In this document: in pieces, positions 13,219 through 27,449 of the stretch
How the letters are laid out: each line of letters starts with the position of its first letter
Numbering within the stretch: the first letter of the stretch is position 1
Assembly: GCF_964355755.1 (NCBI RefSeq)
Contig: NC_092671.1
Coordinates: forward strand, 36,590,304 to 36,654,303
DNA length: 64,000 nucleotides
Origin: Antedon mediterranea
Lineage: Eukaryota > Animalia > Echinodermata
Direction: 5' to 3'
The notes under the pieces: generated by a model
What the model saw: only the letters and a program-made list of their open reading frames with translations
What the model was told of the DNA's origin: nothing
Databases searched by the model: none
Program-made: the position numbers and the translations under genes

Positions 13219-14513
13219 AGTTACCTAATAATAACATGCCTTATAAAAAGTACATGCATTGCTAGGTTTGATGTTTTGTATTGTTCCTTGTAGTTTGTAC
13301 TGTAGGTTACATAACAGAACAATTGTATTGTCTTCCCATTCAATAGACACCCTTCTCTACATAAAACATAATACACCACACCACCTCGACTTGTATGGAC
13401 TATACCATTATAAAAAGATGGGAAAATAGGGGTGTCCCATTTATTTATTAATTGAGTGTGTTAATGTGTTAAAGTACTGCTGCTTTTGTTTTTCTTGTTG
13501 TTTCAGCAACAAAGGGAAAACAACTACGCCCTGTATGCTGTAGAATTAATTTCAGTTTTCAAGTTAATGCAGTATATTATGGCTCTTTATTTCTATATAA
13601 TGTTTACAGATTTATAGATACAGAAAGTATAAGAAAATATAATTTACCTAACGATAACACAGAAGTACATTTAATAAAGATGACAGTATACATTTAATAA
13701 GATCTATCACGTACTCTGATTATTAGGTAATCAGTAAAACAAATAAACATTATAATTTTGTCAATCTGTACCATTTTGTTCCCCGAAAACACAGCGTTTG
13801 ACATTGCATGTTTTTAGGTTTGGTTTTTTCTAAAATGTTTTAAACACGTTTTTAAACGTTTCTGTGTAGAAATACATGTTCTAATTGAACAACATTTGCA
13901 TCAAAAACGTTATAATAGCGAATGCAAAACGGAGCAGATAATGTCGCCATGAAGAGGATGATTGGTGGTGTCTTCTATAGCATGGAATACATCGGCAAGC
14001 CGTTCGCTGTAGAACAAGTCAAGCATTTGCATAGACAAACCAATAGTACTTTCCACGCTCTACACCCAGCACCTTCTCAATTTGGTCTTTATCCCCCTTA
14101 CATTCCCTTACTGATATTCCTAGCCCAATATACAATATGCCCAAATAGAACATCACTGATTAGTAAAACATAAACATTCTATAGTACAAATATATCCTGC
14201 TTTACCCCAAAGAACCGAGTTTCCTCAAGCAGTACAGCCTTGTATTTTAACTTCTTAACACGTCCACCCATTTAAGCTTTAGTCAAACACTACTGCCAGA
14301 TACTTATAATTGTTAACAATCTCTACTTCCTTTACTTTAATTAATGTATAGGCCTACTGTCAGACCAAATATGTTTTCCAAAATCAATCCTTATTTCTTT
14401 CGTTTTATTTATGTTTAGTTCAAGAAAATAAAAAAATATGATTTATCTACCGATAGGATTGGGCCGATTAGAATGCATTGCCAACATTCTTTAACATATT
14501 TCACAACATTATA

Positions 14514-14954
14514 ATAATAATAATAATAAATAACATTTATAAAGCGCAAGAGACAAAGGTTTCAAAGCGCTGTGTTTTCCAAGATCAGTGCAAGTAGTAG
14601 CGTGCGATTATGCTTCTCTGAAGAGATGAGTTTTGAGTTTAGTTTTAAATGTGATAACAGATTTTGATGAGCGTATTTCGAGTGGTAGAGTGTTCCAGAG
14701 TTTTGGGGCTGCGACAGCGAAAGCACGATCACCGTAAAACCGAGTTCTGGAACGGGGTCCAGGTTTTAGAAGAAGTCTGCTGGATGAACGAAGCGAAGAG
14801 TTGGTTGACGGAGTAATGATGTCACATATGTAGGCTGGAGCACATCCGTTGATGGCCTTATATATGTCAGCAACAGGATTTTAAAACGAATGCGCTGATC
14901 AACAGGCAACCAGTGTAAGTCACGTAAAACGGGAGAAATATGTTCATGTCGAGA
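14514..14954 (-). mobile_element. 5'-truncated L2-clade LINE 3' end
   Basis: Encodes HISPVLRDLHWLPV...GDRAFAVAAPKLWNTLP...FKTKLKTHLF (2-bp frameshift), AAAGCGC...GCGCTTT stem-loop and (TTA)n tail; absent from most array copies. Confidence 0.9.
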
Positions 14955-16762
14955 GAGTTTAGGTAATTTAACCGATTGTAATGTAGTATTTAGGATATTT
15001 TAATATCGATTGTACTGTAGTATTTAGGATGTTTTAATTACGATTGTATTGTAGTATTTAAGATTTTCTCATTTCGAATCCGATTGTACTAAAATTTAAA
15101 GTGTCTAAATCCAGATAGGAATAACATAGGCCTAGTATTTTATATACTTTAATTTTGATTATACTGTAGTGTTTAGTTTAGTTTTTATATATAATAAGTA
15201 AGTATACCTACTTATATAGTTTTTATTTATTCATAGGAATCACCTTTATATCGGTGTCACACATTTATCAGTTAATGGTGCATCCAATTTACAAACAGAA
15301 TTACAAATAACATAAGCCACAAAGTTCTAAATACTAATACATAACATCAAAACAAAATGTAAACTAATTAATTAATTAGATATGTATGAAAATACATAAT
15401 ACGTAAATTGTACAATAACTACAAAAATAAAAACAGAACAACAAAAATACAGGATAGGCCTAATAAATAAATAAAACTTACAGATACATCCTCATAGAGA
15501 TGTCTGTAGCTTATTTACTATATTAATCAATTAGTTGAGAGAGGTAATGCTGATAACATCTAGTAACCCATGCTTTCATTAAATATTTTTTACAATAAAA
15601 ATCAAAGATTTTTCCAAATGTTTCATTTTCAGTGAATAAATTGTCTAGCATAAAGTGGTGTTTTAATTCCTGAGGTCCACAATTACAGTTATCCCAGTAC
15701 ATACTGAATTATTGTCTAACAGAGTTTAATGAAGGACACTTAAATAAAAAATGGTTTACTGTTTCTTTTTCGTTAGTACTACACATCTTACATAATCCTG
15801 TGTTATGATTTGACCAGGATTGTCTACGACCCTCAAGATCTAGAGAGTTTGATCTTGCTTTAAATTTTAAATTGATACTCTTAAAATTAGTTTTATCTAA
15901 CAAATATTGTTCAAGGTTTGGTTCCTTTATACATAGTATATTCCGTTAACGTTGTTTTGCATGGAATTTCGTTTTGCTTTGGGCCTTTGAAAACCACTTG
16001 TTATGATCAACTTGTTTATTATTTTTCCTAAATGGCTTTATCCAGTTAGATGGTTCTTCATTAAATTTGTTTTATTTAAAATATCTTTAGTTAATATAGT
16101 AATATTGTTGGCATTCCCTAACACAGTTACCTAATAATAACATGCCTTATAAAAAGTACATGCATTGCTAGGTTTGATGTTTTGTATTGTTCCTTGTAGT
16201 TTGTACTGTAGGTTACATAACAGAACAATTGTATTGTCTTCCCATTCAATAGACACCCTTCTCTACATAAAACATAATACACCCCACCACCTCGACTTGT
16301 ATGGATTATACCATTATAAAAAGATGGGAAAATAGGGGTGTCCCATTTATTAATTGAGTGTGTTAATGTGTTAAAGTACTGCTGCTTTTGTTTTTCTTGT
16401 TGTTTCAGCAACAAAGGGAAAACAACTACGCCCTGCATGCTGTAGAATTAATTTCAGTTTTCAAGTTAATGCAGTATATTATGGCTCTTTATTTCTATAT
16501 AATGTTTACAGATTTATAGATACAGAAAGTATAAGAAAATATAATTTACCTAACGATAACACAGAAGTACATTTAATAAAGATGACAGTATACATTTAAT
16601 AAGATCTATCACGTACTCTGATTATTAGGTAATCAGTAAAACAAATAAACATTATAATTTTGTTAATGAATCTGTACCATTTTGTTCCCCGAAAACACAC
16701 GTTTTTAAACGTTTCTGTGTAGAAATACATGTTCTAATTGAACAACATTTGCATCAAAAACG

Positions 16763-17095
16763 TTATAATAGCGAATGCAAAACGGAGCTGATAATGTCGC
16801 CATGAAGAGGATGATTGGTGGTGTCTTCTATAGCATGGAATACATCGGCAAGCCGTTCGCTGTAGAACGAGTCAAGCATTTGCATAGACAAACCAATTAC
16901 TTTCCACGCTCTACCCAGCACCTTCTCAATTTGGTCTTTATCCCCCTTACATTCCCTTACTGATATTCCTAGCCCAATATACAATATGCCCAAATAGAAC
17001 ATCACTGATAAGTAAAACATAAACATTCTATAGTACAAATATCCTGCTTTACCCCAAAGAACCGAGTTTCCTCAAGCAGTACAGCCTTGTATTTA
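16763..17095 (-). pseudogene. Decayed LINE ORF2 C-terminal fragment (Rex1/Babar- or L2-like), carried in each array unit; other copies at ~3135, 10855, 13910, 19690, 25200, 28840
   Basis: YCLRKLGS...DKDQIEKVLGRAWKVIG...LDSFYSERL...AIEDTTNHPLH resembles the post-RT region ending D-x-x-HP-L-H; frameshifted. Confidence 0.6.
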
Positions 17096-17367
17096 ACTTC
17101 TTCAACATGTCCCCCCCCCCCCCCCATTTAAGCTTTAGTCAAACACTACTGCCAGATACTTATAATTGTTAACAATCTCTACTTCCTTTACTTTACTTTA
17201 ATTAATGTATACTGTCAGACCAATTATGTTTTCGAAAATCAATCCTTATTTCTTTCGTTTTATTTATGTTTAGTTCAAGAAAATAAAAAAATATGATTTA
17301 TCTACCGATAGGATTGGGCCGATTAGAATGCATTGCCAACATTCTTTAACATATTTCACAACATTAT

Positions 17368-17807
17368 AATAATAATAATAATAAATAACATTTATAAAGC
17401 GCAAGAGACAAAGGTTTCAAAGCGCTGTGTTTTCCAAGATCAGTGCAAGTAGTAGCGTGCGATTATGCTTCTCTGAAGAGATGAGTTTTGAGTTTAGTTT
17501 TAAATGTGATAACAGATTTTGATGAGCGTATTTCGAGTGGTAGAGTGTTCCAGAGTTTTGGGGCTGCGACAGCGAAAGCACGATCACCGTAAAACCGAGT
17601 TCTGGAACGGGGTCCAGGTTTTAGAAGAAGTCTGCTGGATGAACGAAGCGAAGAGTTGGTTGACGGAGTAATGATGTCACATATGTAGGCTGGAGCACAT
17701 CCGTTGATGGCCTTATATGTCAGCAACAGGATTTTAAAACGAATGCGCTGATCAACAGGCAACCAGTGTAAGTCACGTAAAACGGGAGAAATATGTTCAT
17801 GTCGAGA
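17368..17807 (-). mobile_element. Second copy of the same 5'-truncated L2 3' end, co-duplicated with the array unit
   Basis: Same breakpoints and flanks as 14514-14954; ORF 17463-17762. Confidence 0.9.
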
Positions 17808-20582
17808 GAGTTTAGGTAATTTAACCGATTGTAATGTAGTATTTAGGATATTTTAATATCGATTGTACTGTAGTATTTAGGATGTTTTAATTACGATTGT
17901 ATTGTAGTATTTAAGATTTTCTCATTTCGAATCCGATTGTACTAAAATTTAAAGTGTCTAAATCCAGATAGGAATAACATAGGCCTAGTATTTTATATAC
18001 TTTAATTTTGATTATACTGTAGTGTTTAGTTTAGTTTTTATATATAATAAGTAAGTATACCTACTTATATAGTTTTTATTTATTCATAGGAATCACCTTT
18101 ATATCGGTGTCACACATTTATCAGTTAATGGTGCATCCAATTTACAAACAGAATTACAAATAACATAAGCCACAAAGTTCTAAATACTAATACATAACAT
18201 CAAAACAAAATGTAAACTAATTAATTAATTAGATATGTATGAAAATACATAATACGTAAATTGTACAATAACTACAAAAATAAAAACAGAACAACAAAAA
18301 TACAGGATAGGCCTAATAAATAAATAAAACTTACAGATACATCCTCATAGAGATGTCTGTAGCTTATTTACTATATTAATCAATTAGTTGAGAGAGGTAA
18401 TGCTGATAACATCTAGTAACCCATGCTTTCATTAAATATTTTTTACAATAAAAATCAAAGATTTTTCCAAATGTTTCATTTTCAGTGAATAAATTGTCTA
18501 GCATAAAGTGGTGTTTTAATTCCTGAGGTCCACAATTACAGTTATCCCAGTACATACTGAATTATTGTCTAACAGAGTTTAATGAAGGACACTTAAATAA
18601 AAAATGGTTTACTGTTTCTTTTTCGTTAGTACTACACATCTTACATAATCCTGTGTTATGATTTGACCAGGATTGTCTACGACCCTCAAGATCTAGAGAG
18701 TTTGATCTTGCTTTAAATTTTAAATTGATACTCTTAAAATTAGTTTTATCTAACAAATATTGTTCAAGGTTTGGTTCCTTTATACATAGTATATTCCGTT
18801 AACGTTGTTTTGCATGGAATTTCGTTTTGCTTTGGGCCTTTGAAAACCACTTGTTATGATCAACTTGTTTATTATTTTTCCTAAATGGCTTTATCCAGTT
18901 AGATGGTTCTTCATTAAATTTGTTTTATTTAAAATATCTTTAGTTAATATAGTAATATTGTTGGCATTCCCTAACACAGTTACCTAATAATAACATGCCT
19001 TATAAAAAGTACATGCATTGCTAGGTTTGATGTTTTGTATTGTTCCTTGTAGTTTGTACTGTAGGTTACATAACAGAACAATTGTATTGTCTTCCCATTC
19101 AATAGACACCCTTCTCTACATAAAACATAATACACCCCACCACCTCGACTTGTATGGATTATACCATTATAAAAAGATGGGAAAATAGGGGTGTCCCATT
19201 TATTAATTGAGTGTGTTAATGTGTTAAAGTTCTGCTGATTTTGTTTTTCTTGTTGTTTCAGCAACAAAGGGAAAACAACTACGCCCTGCATGCTGTAGAA
19301 TTAATTTCAGTTTTCAAGTTAATGCAGTATATTATGGCTCTTTATTTCTATATCATGTCATGGAGTAATGTTTACAGATTTATAGATACAGAAAGTATAA
19401 GAAAATATAATTTACCTAACGATAACACAGTAGTATATTTAATAAAGATGACAGTATACATTTAATAAGATCTATCACGTACTGTGATTATTAGGTAATC
19501 AGTAAAACAAATAAACATTATAATTTTGTCAATGAATCTGTACCATTTTGTTCCCAGAAAACACAGCGTTTGACATTGCATGTTTTTAGGTTTGGTTTTT
19601 CTAAAATGTTTTAAACACGTTTCTAAACGTTTCTGTGTAGAAATACATGTTCTAATTGAAAAACATTTGCATCAAAAACGTTATAATAGCGAATGCAAAA
19701 CGGAGCTGATAATGTCGCCATGAAGAGGATGATTGGTGGTGTCTTCTATAGCATGGAATACATCGGCAAGCCGTTCGCTGTAGAACGAGTCAAGCATTTA
19801 CAAAGACAAACCAATTACTTTCCACGCTCTACCCAGCACCTTCTCAATTCGGTCTTTATCCCCCTTACATTCCCTTACTGATATTCCTAGCCCAATATAC
19901 AATATGCCCAAATAGAACATCACTGATTAGTAAAACATAAACATTCTATAGTACAAATATCCTGCTTTACCCCAAACCGGGGCCAAAGAACCGAGTTTCC
20001 TCAAGCAGTACAGCCTTGTATTTAACTTCTTAACTACGATCAACATGTCCACCCATTTAAGCTTTAGTCAAACACTACTACCAGATACTTATAATTGTTA
20101 ACAATCTCTACTTCCTTTACTTTAATTAATGTATACTGTCAGACCAATTATGTTTTCGAAAATCAATCCTTATTTCTTTCGTTTTATTTATGTTTAGTTC
20201 AAGAAAATAAAAAATATGATTTATCTCCTATAGGATTGGGCCGATTAGAATGCATTTGCCAACATTCTTTAAAATTTCACAACATTATAGAGTTTAGGTA
20301 ATTTAACCGATTGTAATGTAGTATTTAGGATATTTTAATATCGATTGTACTGTAGTATTTAGGATGTTTTAATTACGATTGTATATTAGTATTTAAGATT
20401 TTCTAATTTCGAATCCGATTGTACTAAAATTTAAAGTGTTTAAATCCAGATAGGAATAACATAGGCCTTGTATTTTATATGCTTTAATTTTGATTATACT
20501 GTAGTGTTTAGTTTAGTTTTTATATATAATAAGTAAGTATACCTACTTATATAGTTTTTATTTATTCATAGGAATCACCTTT

Positions 20583-23500
20583 TACCAAGGAGGCCAAAAA
20601 GAAAAACCAGGCGTGGTACAAGAGCTGGGCGTGACAAACACACTAAAAACAATCTATCATTTCTGGACTTATCATCAAACTCTCTCTTATCTAAAAACAA
20701 TATTAAATTTTGCAGTATTAATACAAGATCCGTTCGGAACAAAACAACAGAATTTGTGGATTTCGTTATCGAACATAATCTGGATGTTGTTGCCCTTTCG
20801 GAAACGTGGCTTAAACCAGAAGACACATCAGTTATAGGAAATATTACACCCAACGGATACTCTCTCAAACATGCTCCCCGTGCTGGTACTAAAAGAGGTG
20901 GTGGAGTTGCACTTCTTTACAAGGAAAGCATAGCGGTTAAATGTTATGACACGGGATTATTACCAAAATCATTTGAACTGCTAAATGTGGAAATAGTCAG
21001 CAATGCATCCTCAGTTTTCCTCGTAGCAGTATATCGTCCTCAAAGCAAATCAACGGGTTGCAGTCTAAATGTTTTCACTGAAGAATTCTCAACTTTGGTT
21101 GATCACTATGTATTGAAGCCGGCTCCCATACTATTCGTTGGAGACTTTAACATCCATGTGGATATGCCAAATGATGCAGATGCAATTCATTTTCGGAATC
21201 TACTTGTAGCAAGCAGTCTTCAACAGCATTTGTCTACACCTACACACCGACATGGTCATACATTAGACTTGCTGATCACTCGTTCATCTGATCCTCCTGT
21301 TTTCTCAAACCTTAATGTCATTGATGGTATATCAGATCACTATGCAATCACATGTAATCTCTTTATCAAGAAGCCACCCGTAATCACTAAATCCATCGAA
21401 ACTCGTCATTGGAATGCTATAAATTTTGAGACATTATGTAAAGATATCAGTACACAGTCTGATCTCGGAACTTCGCTCTCAAATCTTGATTTATCAAGTA
21501 AAGTACGACTATATGTCACCACTTTGAGTGAACTTCTTGACAAACACGCACCACCGAAAAAGAGAACAGTAAAGGTCCGACCAAACACTAGTTGGTATAA
21601 CAGTGACATCTATGCTGAGAAAAGAACAAAGCGTAAGCTTGAAAAGAAATGGAGAATCTCTCATCTGGAAATAGATCGTCAAGCTTACATTGCACAGAAG
21701 AGGAATGTAAATTCCATGGTAAGAAAGGCAAAGGCCAACTACTACATTGGCTTGTGTGAAGAACATGCAGCAGATCAGAAAGGACTTTTTAAAATTGTTA
21801 ACCAACTCCTTCATCATCGCCAGGTATCACCTCTCCCAGATAGTCTTTCTGACTTAGATCTTGCGAACAGGTTCTGTCAGTTTTTCACAGACAAGATCAA
21901 GATCATCAGAGACGACTTCAAGATTGATGACATGTCATTTAATGAGCCTGTGACAGCTGTTCATCAGCATCTCACAACATTTACACCAGCATCTCAAGAT
22001 GAGATCCGCAACATTCTGATGAAATCACCAACAAAATCATGCAGGTTAGATCCAGTTCCTACTTCTATACTGAAGAAGTGTATAGACGCAGTCGTTCCAA
22101 TAATAACGGAAATCATTAACCATTCTCTTAATACCGGCATAGTGCCAGATGAACTGAAAATTGCTCACGTTCGTCCTTTAATAAAAAAGCAAAACTTGGA
22201 TCATAACACGCTGAAAAATTACCGCCCGGTGTCGAATCTTTCTTTTCTTGGAAAGACTCTGGAGCGTGTAGTGACATCACGCATTACTCCATATCTTCAA
22301 AAGCATAATTTAAATGAGAATTACCAGTCGGCATATCGTGCATGTCATAGCACGGAGAGTTCCCTTTTAAAGGTACAGAATGATTTGTTACAAGGAATGA
22401 ATGATGGGAAAATAACGCTATTGGTGTTGTTGGATTTGTCAGCAGCGTTTGATACAGTTGATCACCAAAGACTGATAACCCGTCTGAGAAATCGCATTGG
22501 CATAAATGGTGTTGCTCTTAACTGGTTCCAGTCATATCTTACAGGAAGACGTCAGCTAGTCTGTATCAATGATGCATTCTCAGATGAAGCTTGCCTGGAA
22601 TATGGTGTACCACAGGGGTCAGTAATTGGGCCTGGCCAGTTTTCCATTTATACGCTTCCCCTTGGTGACATTATTCGCAAACACAGTCTACATTTCCATT
22701 TCTATGCAGATGATACACAGATTTATGTGTCAGTAAATCCAGTGCAAAGGGATGTTGCTGCAGCAATCAGTAAGATGGAAGCCTGTATAGAAGATGTTCG
22801 CAATTGGATGACAACAAATTACCTAAAGTTGAATGATGGAAAGACAGAGTTTATTATCGTCGGGTCTAAATGTAACATCTCCAAAATCAACATCACACAT
22901 ATCAGAATCGGAAACTCTAACATCGCTCCCTCATCGGTGGTCCGGAATCTGGGAATCATGCTGGATAGTAATCTCACTATGGAAGCACAAATAACAACTG
23001 TATCCAAAGCAGCATGAATATCGATTAGGAACCTTGGTCGTATTCGCGGTAATCTTAACAAGAAAACAGCTGAATTGATTGTACACTCATTTGTCACTTC
23101 TAAAATTGACATTGGTAATGCCTTGTTGTTTGGCATACCAAAATCTCAAATACAACGTTTGCAGCGCTTGCAAAATATGGCAGCTAGAATTGTAACTTAT
23201 ACAAAATCAAACGCTCACATAACTCCTGTCCTGATGGATTTGCATTGGTTGCCTGTTCAACAACGTATTAAGTACAAACTTGCGTTGTTTGTATTCAAGA
23301 TCCTAAATGACAGTGCTCCTGCTTATTTATCTGACCTTGTGGATCCTTACGAATCATCCCGCAGAGGCCTACGATCATTGTCACAAAACCTTCTTCAAGA
23401 GCGTAGAGCGAAAAATCAGTGGGGTCAGAGATCTTTTTACGTTGCGGCCGCAAGTGTATGGAACAGCTTACCAGCAACAGTTAAATGCTCAACTAGTCTA

Positions 23501-23637
23501 AACAGTTTCAAGACCAACCTAAAGACGTCGCTATTCGCTGATGTTCTCGCACGTTGTTAATGCACAAAGCGCCATGAGCGCCACATGGGTGGAGGATACC
23601 GGCGCTATATAAGTTTTCATTTATTATTATTATTATT
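20583..23637 (+). mobile_element. Near full-length L2-clade LINE
   Basis: TSD ACCTTT (20577-20582, 23638-23643) verified against empty sites; AAGCGCC...GGCGCT 3' stem-loop; (TTA)n tail. Confidence 0.95.
20585..23560 (+). pseudogene. L2 ORF2: AP endonuclease plus reverse transcriptase, with one in-frame TGA at 23015-23017
   Basis: RRGTRAGR leader, INTRS, LSETWL, GGGV, VYRP, GDFN, TLDL, SDH (APE); NYRPVSNL, LDLSAAFDTVDH, GVPQGS, YADD, LNDGKTE (RT); ORFs 20756-23017 and 23075-23560 share a frame. Confidence 0.95.
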
Positions 23638-25586
23638 ACCTTTATATCGGTGTCACACATTTATCAGTTAATGGTGCATCCAATTTACAGACAGAATTAC
23701 AAATAACATAAGCCACAAAGTTCTAAATACTAATACATAACATCAAAACAAAATGTAAACTAATTAATTAATTAATTAGATCTGTATGAAAATACATAAT
23801 ACGTAAATTGTACAATAACTACAAAAATACAGGATAGGCCTAATAAATAAATAAAACATACAGATACATCCTCATAGAGATGTCTGTAGCTTGTTTACTA
23901 TATTAATCAATTAGTTGAGAGAGGTAATGCTGATAACATCTAGTAACCCATGCTTTCATTCAATATTTTTTACAATAAAAATCAAAGATTTTTCCAAATA
24001 TTTCATTTTCAGTGAATAAATTGTCTAGCATATAGTGGTGTTTTAATTCCTGAGGTCCACAATTACAATTATCCAGTACATACTTAATTATTGTCTAATA
24101 GAGTTTAATGAAGGACATTTAAATAAAAAATGGTTTACTGTTTCTTTTTCGTTAGTACTACACATCTTACATAATCCTGTGTTATGATTTGACCAGGATA
24201 TTCTACGACCCTCAAGATCTAGAGAGTTTGATCTTGCTTTAAATTTTAAATTGATACCCTTAAAATTAGTTTTATCTAACAAATATTGTTCAAGGTTTGG
24301 TTCCTTTATACATAGTATATTCCGTTAACGTTGTTTTGCATGGAATTTCGTTTTGCTTTGGGCCTTTGAAAACCACTCGTTATGATCAACTTGTTTATTA
24401 TTTTTTCTAAATGGCTTTATCCAGTTAGTAGATGGTTCTTCATTAAATTTGTCTATAAAATTTGTTTTATTTAAAATATCTTTAGTTAATATAGTAATAT
24501 TGTTGGCATTCCCTAACACAGTTACCTAATAATAACATGCCTTATAAAAAGTACATGCATTGCTAGGTTTGATGTTTTGTATTGTTCCTTGTAGTTTGTA
24601 CTGTAGGTTACATAACAGAACAATTGTATTGTCTTCCCATTCAATAGACACCCTTCTCTACATAAAACATAATACACCCCACCACCTCGACTTGTATGGA
24701 TTATACCATTATAAAAAGATGGGAAAATAGGGGTGTCCCATTTATTAATTGAGTGTGTTAATGTGTTAAAGTTCTGCTGATTTTGTTTTTCTTGTTGTTT
24801 CAGCAACAAAGGGAAAACAACTACGCCCTGCATGCTGTAGAATTAATTTCAGTTTTCAAGTTAATGCAGTATATTATGACTCTTTATTTCTATATAATGT
24901 TTACAGATTTATAGATACAGAAAGTATAAGAAAATATAATTTACCTAACGATAACACAGTAGTACATTTAATAAAGATGACAGTATACATTTAATAAGAT
25001 CTATCACGTACTCTGATTATTAGGTAATCAGTAAAACAAATAAACATTATAATTTTGTCAATGAATCTGTACCATTTTGTTCCCCGAAAACACAGCGTTT
25101 GACATTGCATGTTTTTAGGTTTGGTTTTTCTAAAATGTTTTAAACGTTTCTGTGTAGAAACACATGTTCTAATTGAACAACATTTGCATCAAAAACGTTA
25201 TAATAGCGAATGCAAAACGGAGCTGATAATGTCGCCATGAAGAGGATGATTGGTGGTGTCTTCTATAGCATGGAATACATCGGCAAGCCGTTCGCTGTAG
25301 AACGAGTCAAGCATTTGCATAGACAAACCAATTACTTTCCACGCTCTACCCAGCACCTTCTCAATTCGGTGTTTTTATCCCCCTTACATTCCCTTACTGA
25401 TATTCCTAGCCCAATATACAATATGCCCAAATAGAACATCACTGATTAGTAAAACATAAACATTCTATAGTACAAATATCCTGCTTTACCCCAAAGAACC
25501 GAGTTTCCTCAAGCAATACAGCCTTGTATTTAACTTCTTAACTACGATCAACATGTCCACCCATTTAAGCTTTATTTAGTCAAACA

Positions 25587-25731
25587 AATTACCTTTATTT
25601 TTTACCTCCGCCAAGAAGGAGGTATCGTTACCCATGTTATGATATTTTACTTCGGACGGCTGGTACCATTTATATTTTAATGATTAATCGATTTTAATCT
25701 TATTCTTGTGCTGTCTGCCCCCAAAATTCTT

Positions 25732-25767
<36 letters not shown>

Positions 25768-26069
25768 TTCATACTCATCCAACAGCGAGTAACCCGCCAA
25801 TTACAGGATGGATAAACTATTTAAAATTTCACAAGACAAACAAATACACAAGATGCTCTACATAAACAAAGACTTATTATTAAGTCTTTAGGAGTGGAGT
25901 TTTAATTACGATATATGATTATTTAGCATTTGTTTTCTTTTTTAATGTCATGTGACAAGCAAAAGTCAAATTTCAAAGTTCATAAAACAGAATAAACGGC
26001 CGGGCAGTTACCGCACTCTTTCATTTTTCCAATCAAGGATATAATAGGACTCAACAATGATTCAGCAAT
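25587..26069 (+). repeat. Duplicate of 31027-31347, here interrupted by a SINE and followed by the Maverick-like end
   Basis: AATTACCTTTATTTTTTACCTCCGCC...GATTCAGCAAT near-identical in both places. Confidence 0.9.
25736..25901 (-). mobile_element. 5'-truncated tRNA-SINE copy
   Basis: Reverse complement of the 3' half of the 36643 and 50714 SINEs with poly(A); empty site at ~31175. Confidence 0.88.
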
Positions 26070-26139
26070 AGTAGTAGTAATGGGAGACCAGTCCACCCTA
26101 GAATTTCATAATTAATTAATTAATTAATTAATTAATTAG

Positions 26140-26340
26140 ATTTCCTGTTATTGTAATAATTAAATTATTCTTAATTAATGAAGGTCATTCTTTTCCTGTT
26201 ATTGTAATAATTAAATTATTCTTAATTAATGAAGGTCGTTCTTTTCCTGGTTTCATAATAATTAAATTATTCTTAATTAATGAAGGTCGTTCTTTTCCTG
26301 GTTTCATAATAATTAAATTATTCTTAATTAATGAAGGTCT
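26140..26340. repeat. Four 51-bp subterminal tandem repeats
   Basis: GAAGGTC at 26180, 26231, 26282, 26333. Confidence 0.9.
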
Positions 26341-27254
26341 TTCTTTGTTTAGGGATGTTATTTATTAATATATTTATTTATATTTAGAAGGTGTTATGTA
26401 ATGAATTATAAATCGTTCTTCCTGGAGGCTAATTAATCTAATTATTTCGGAGTTTCCGTTTTGACCTCTAGTAATTATTTTTGCTGGTAAAAATTTAATT
26501 ACCATATCCTCCAGATGGCTCTTTATTTAATTATTTGTTTTTTGGCGCAATTTGTAATTCTTTTGTTTAGTTTTGATTGAAGGGGGTATGTTTTTATCGG
26601 GTGTATTATATTGTTTACTTTTGCAGGTAGGGGATACCCTTCAATGTCACCCTCCATTGTCATCCTCCATTGTACCCAATCTTTCTTAACGCATTGGCCT
26701 TAATGATTGTAGTGTTATTTCAAGATATTTATTTTAACTGTATAAAGTTCCCAGTCACTTTCAAATCTCCATTGCTGACTCAACATCTCGTGGTTGCCAT
26801 TTCTAGTGGATTTTATATAATATATTTTCAACTGTTCTACTGTACCTGTTCTTCGATTTTGTAGGCCTATAATATATTTTCTACTTTTCTGCGTTCCTGT
26901 GAATTAATATGTAAGTACTAATGTTGTTGTCTCGGTATAGTTTTTTTTTTTTATTTAGTAATTACTTCTTATTGAGTCGTACTGTCACGTAAAAAGTATT
27001 TAATTATCGTGTTTCCTCGATTTTTTAATTATTTTTCGCTGTCTCTTTTTGTCTCTCTAGATCCCTTGCTTGCTGTATTCGGGGTCATTTGTCTCGTTTT
27101 TTTTGGATTTACAAATTTGTTTGGTATATTATTTCTATAGCCTAATGTGAGTTTCTTTTTTTCTGTTTATTTTCTATTTCGTTATATTAGAGTAGCTCTC
27201 AACTTTTTTTTTCTTTTTTTTCAATTAATGTATTGTTATTGTATCGTTGTATAG

Positions 27255-27449
27255 ATGGATATGTCTTACATCCCTACAAGCATGTTAGAAGATGTGGTCA
27301 AGCTCCTTGACTACGCCGCTTGTAGGCGGTACATTTTGATGGCAGTGCCTGATTCCACGCTTTGGAACCTGCTGAAGGTTGCCATAGAGCAAATGGAGGA
27401 GGAGTTTCACTGGGAGCCTGAGGTGTATCACCTATATCCACCGGCATAA
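27255..27449 (+). CDS. Small 64-aa hypothetical protein in the Maverick-like arm, probably with two non-coding upstream exons
   Basis: GC-richer coding-like island; AG acceptor directly before ATG; donors GTAAGT 26911 and GTGAGT 27147, acceptor at 27060; TATAAAG 26741; ATTAAA 27536. Confidence 0.55.
   Translation: MDMSYIPTSMLEDVVKLLDYAACRRYILMAVPDSTLWNLLKVAIEQMEEEFHWEPEVYHLYPPA

Noticed and set aside
23015-23017. In-frame TGA in L2 ORF2 as programmed readthrough or selenocysteine
   Set aside because: A single TGG-to-TGA mutation is simpler; no supporting signal seen
20575-23501. Antisense and alternate-frame ORFs overlapping the L2
   Set aside because: Shadow ORFs of the RT coding region
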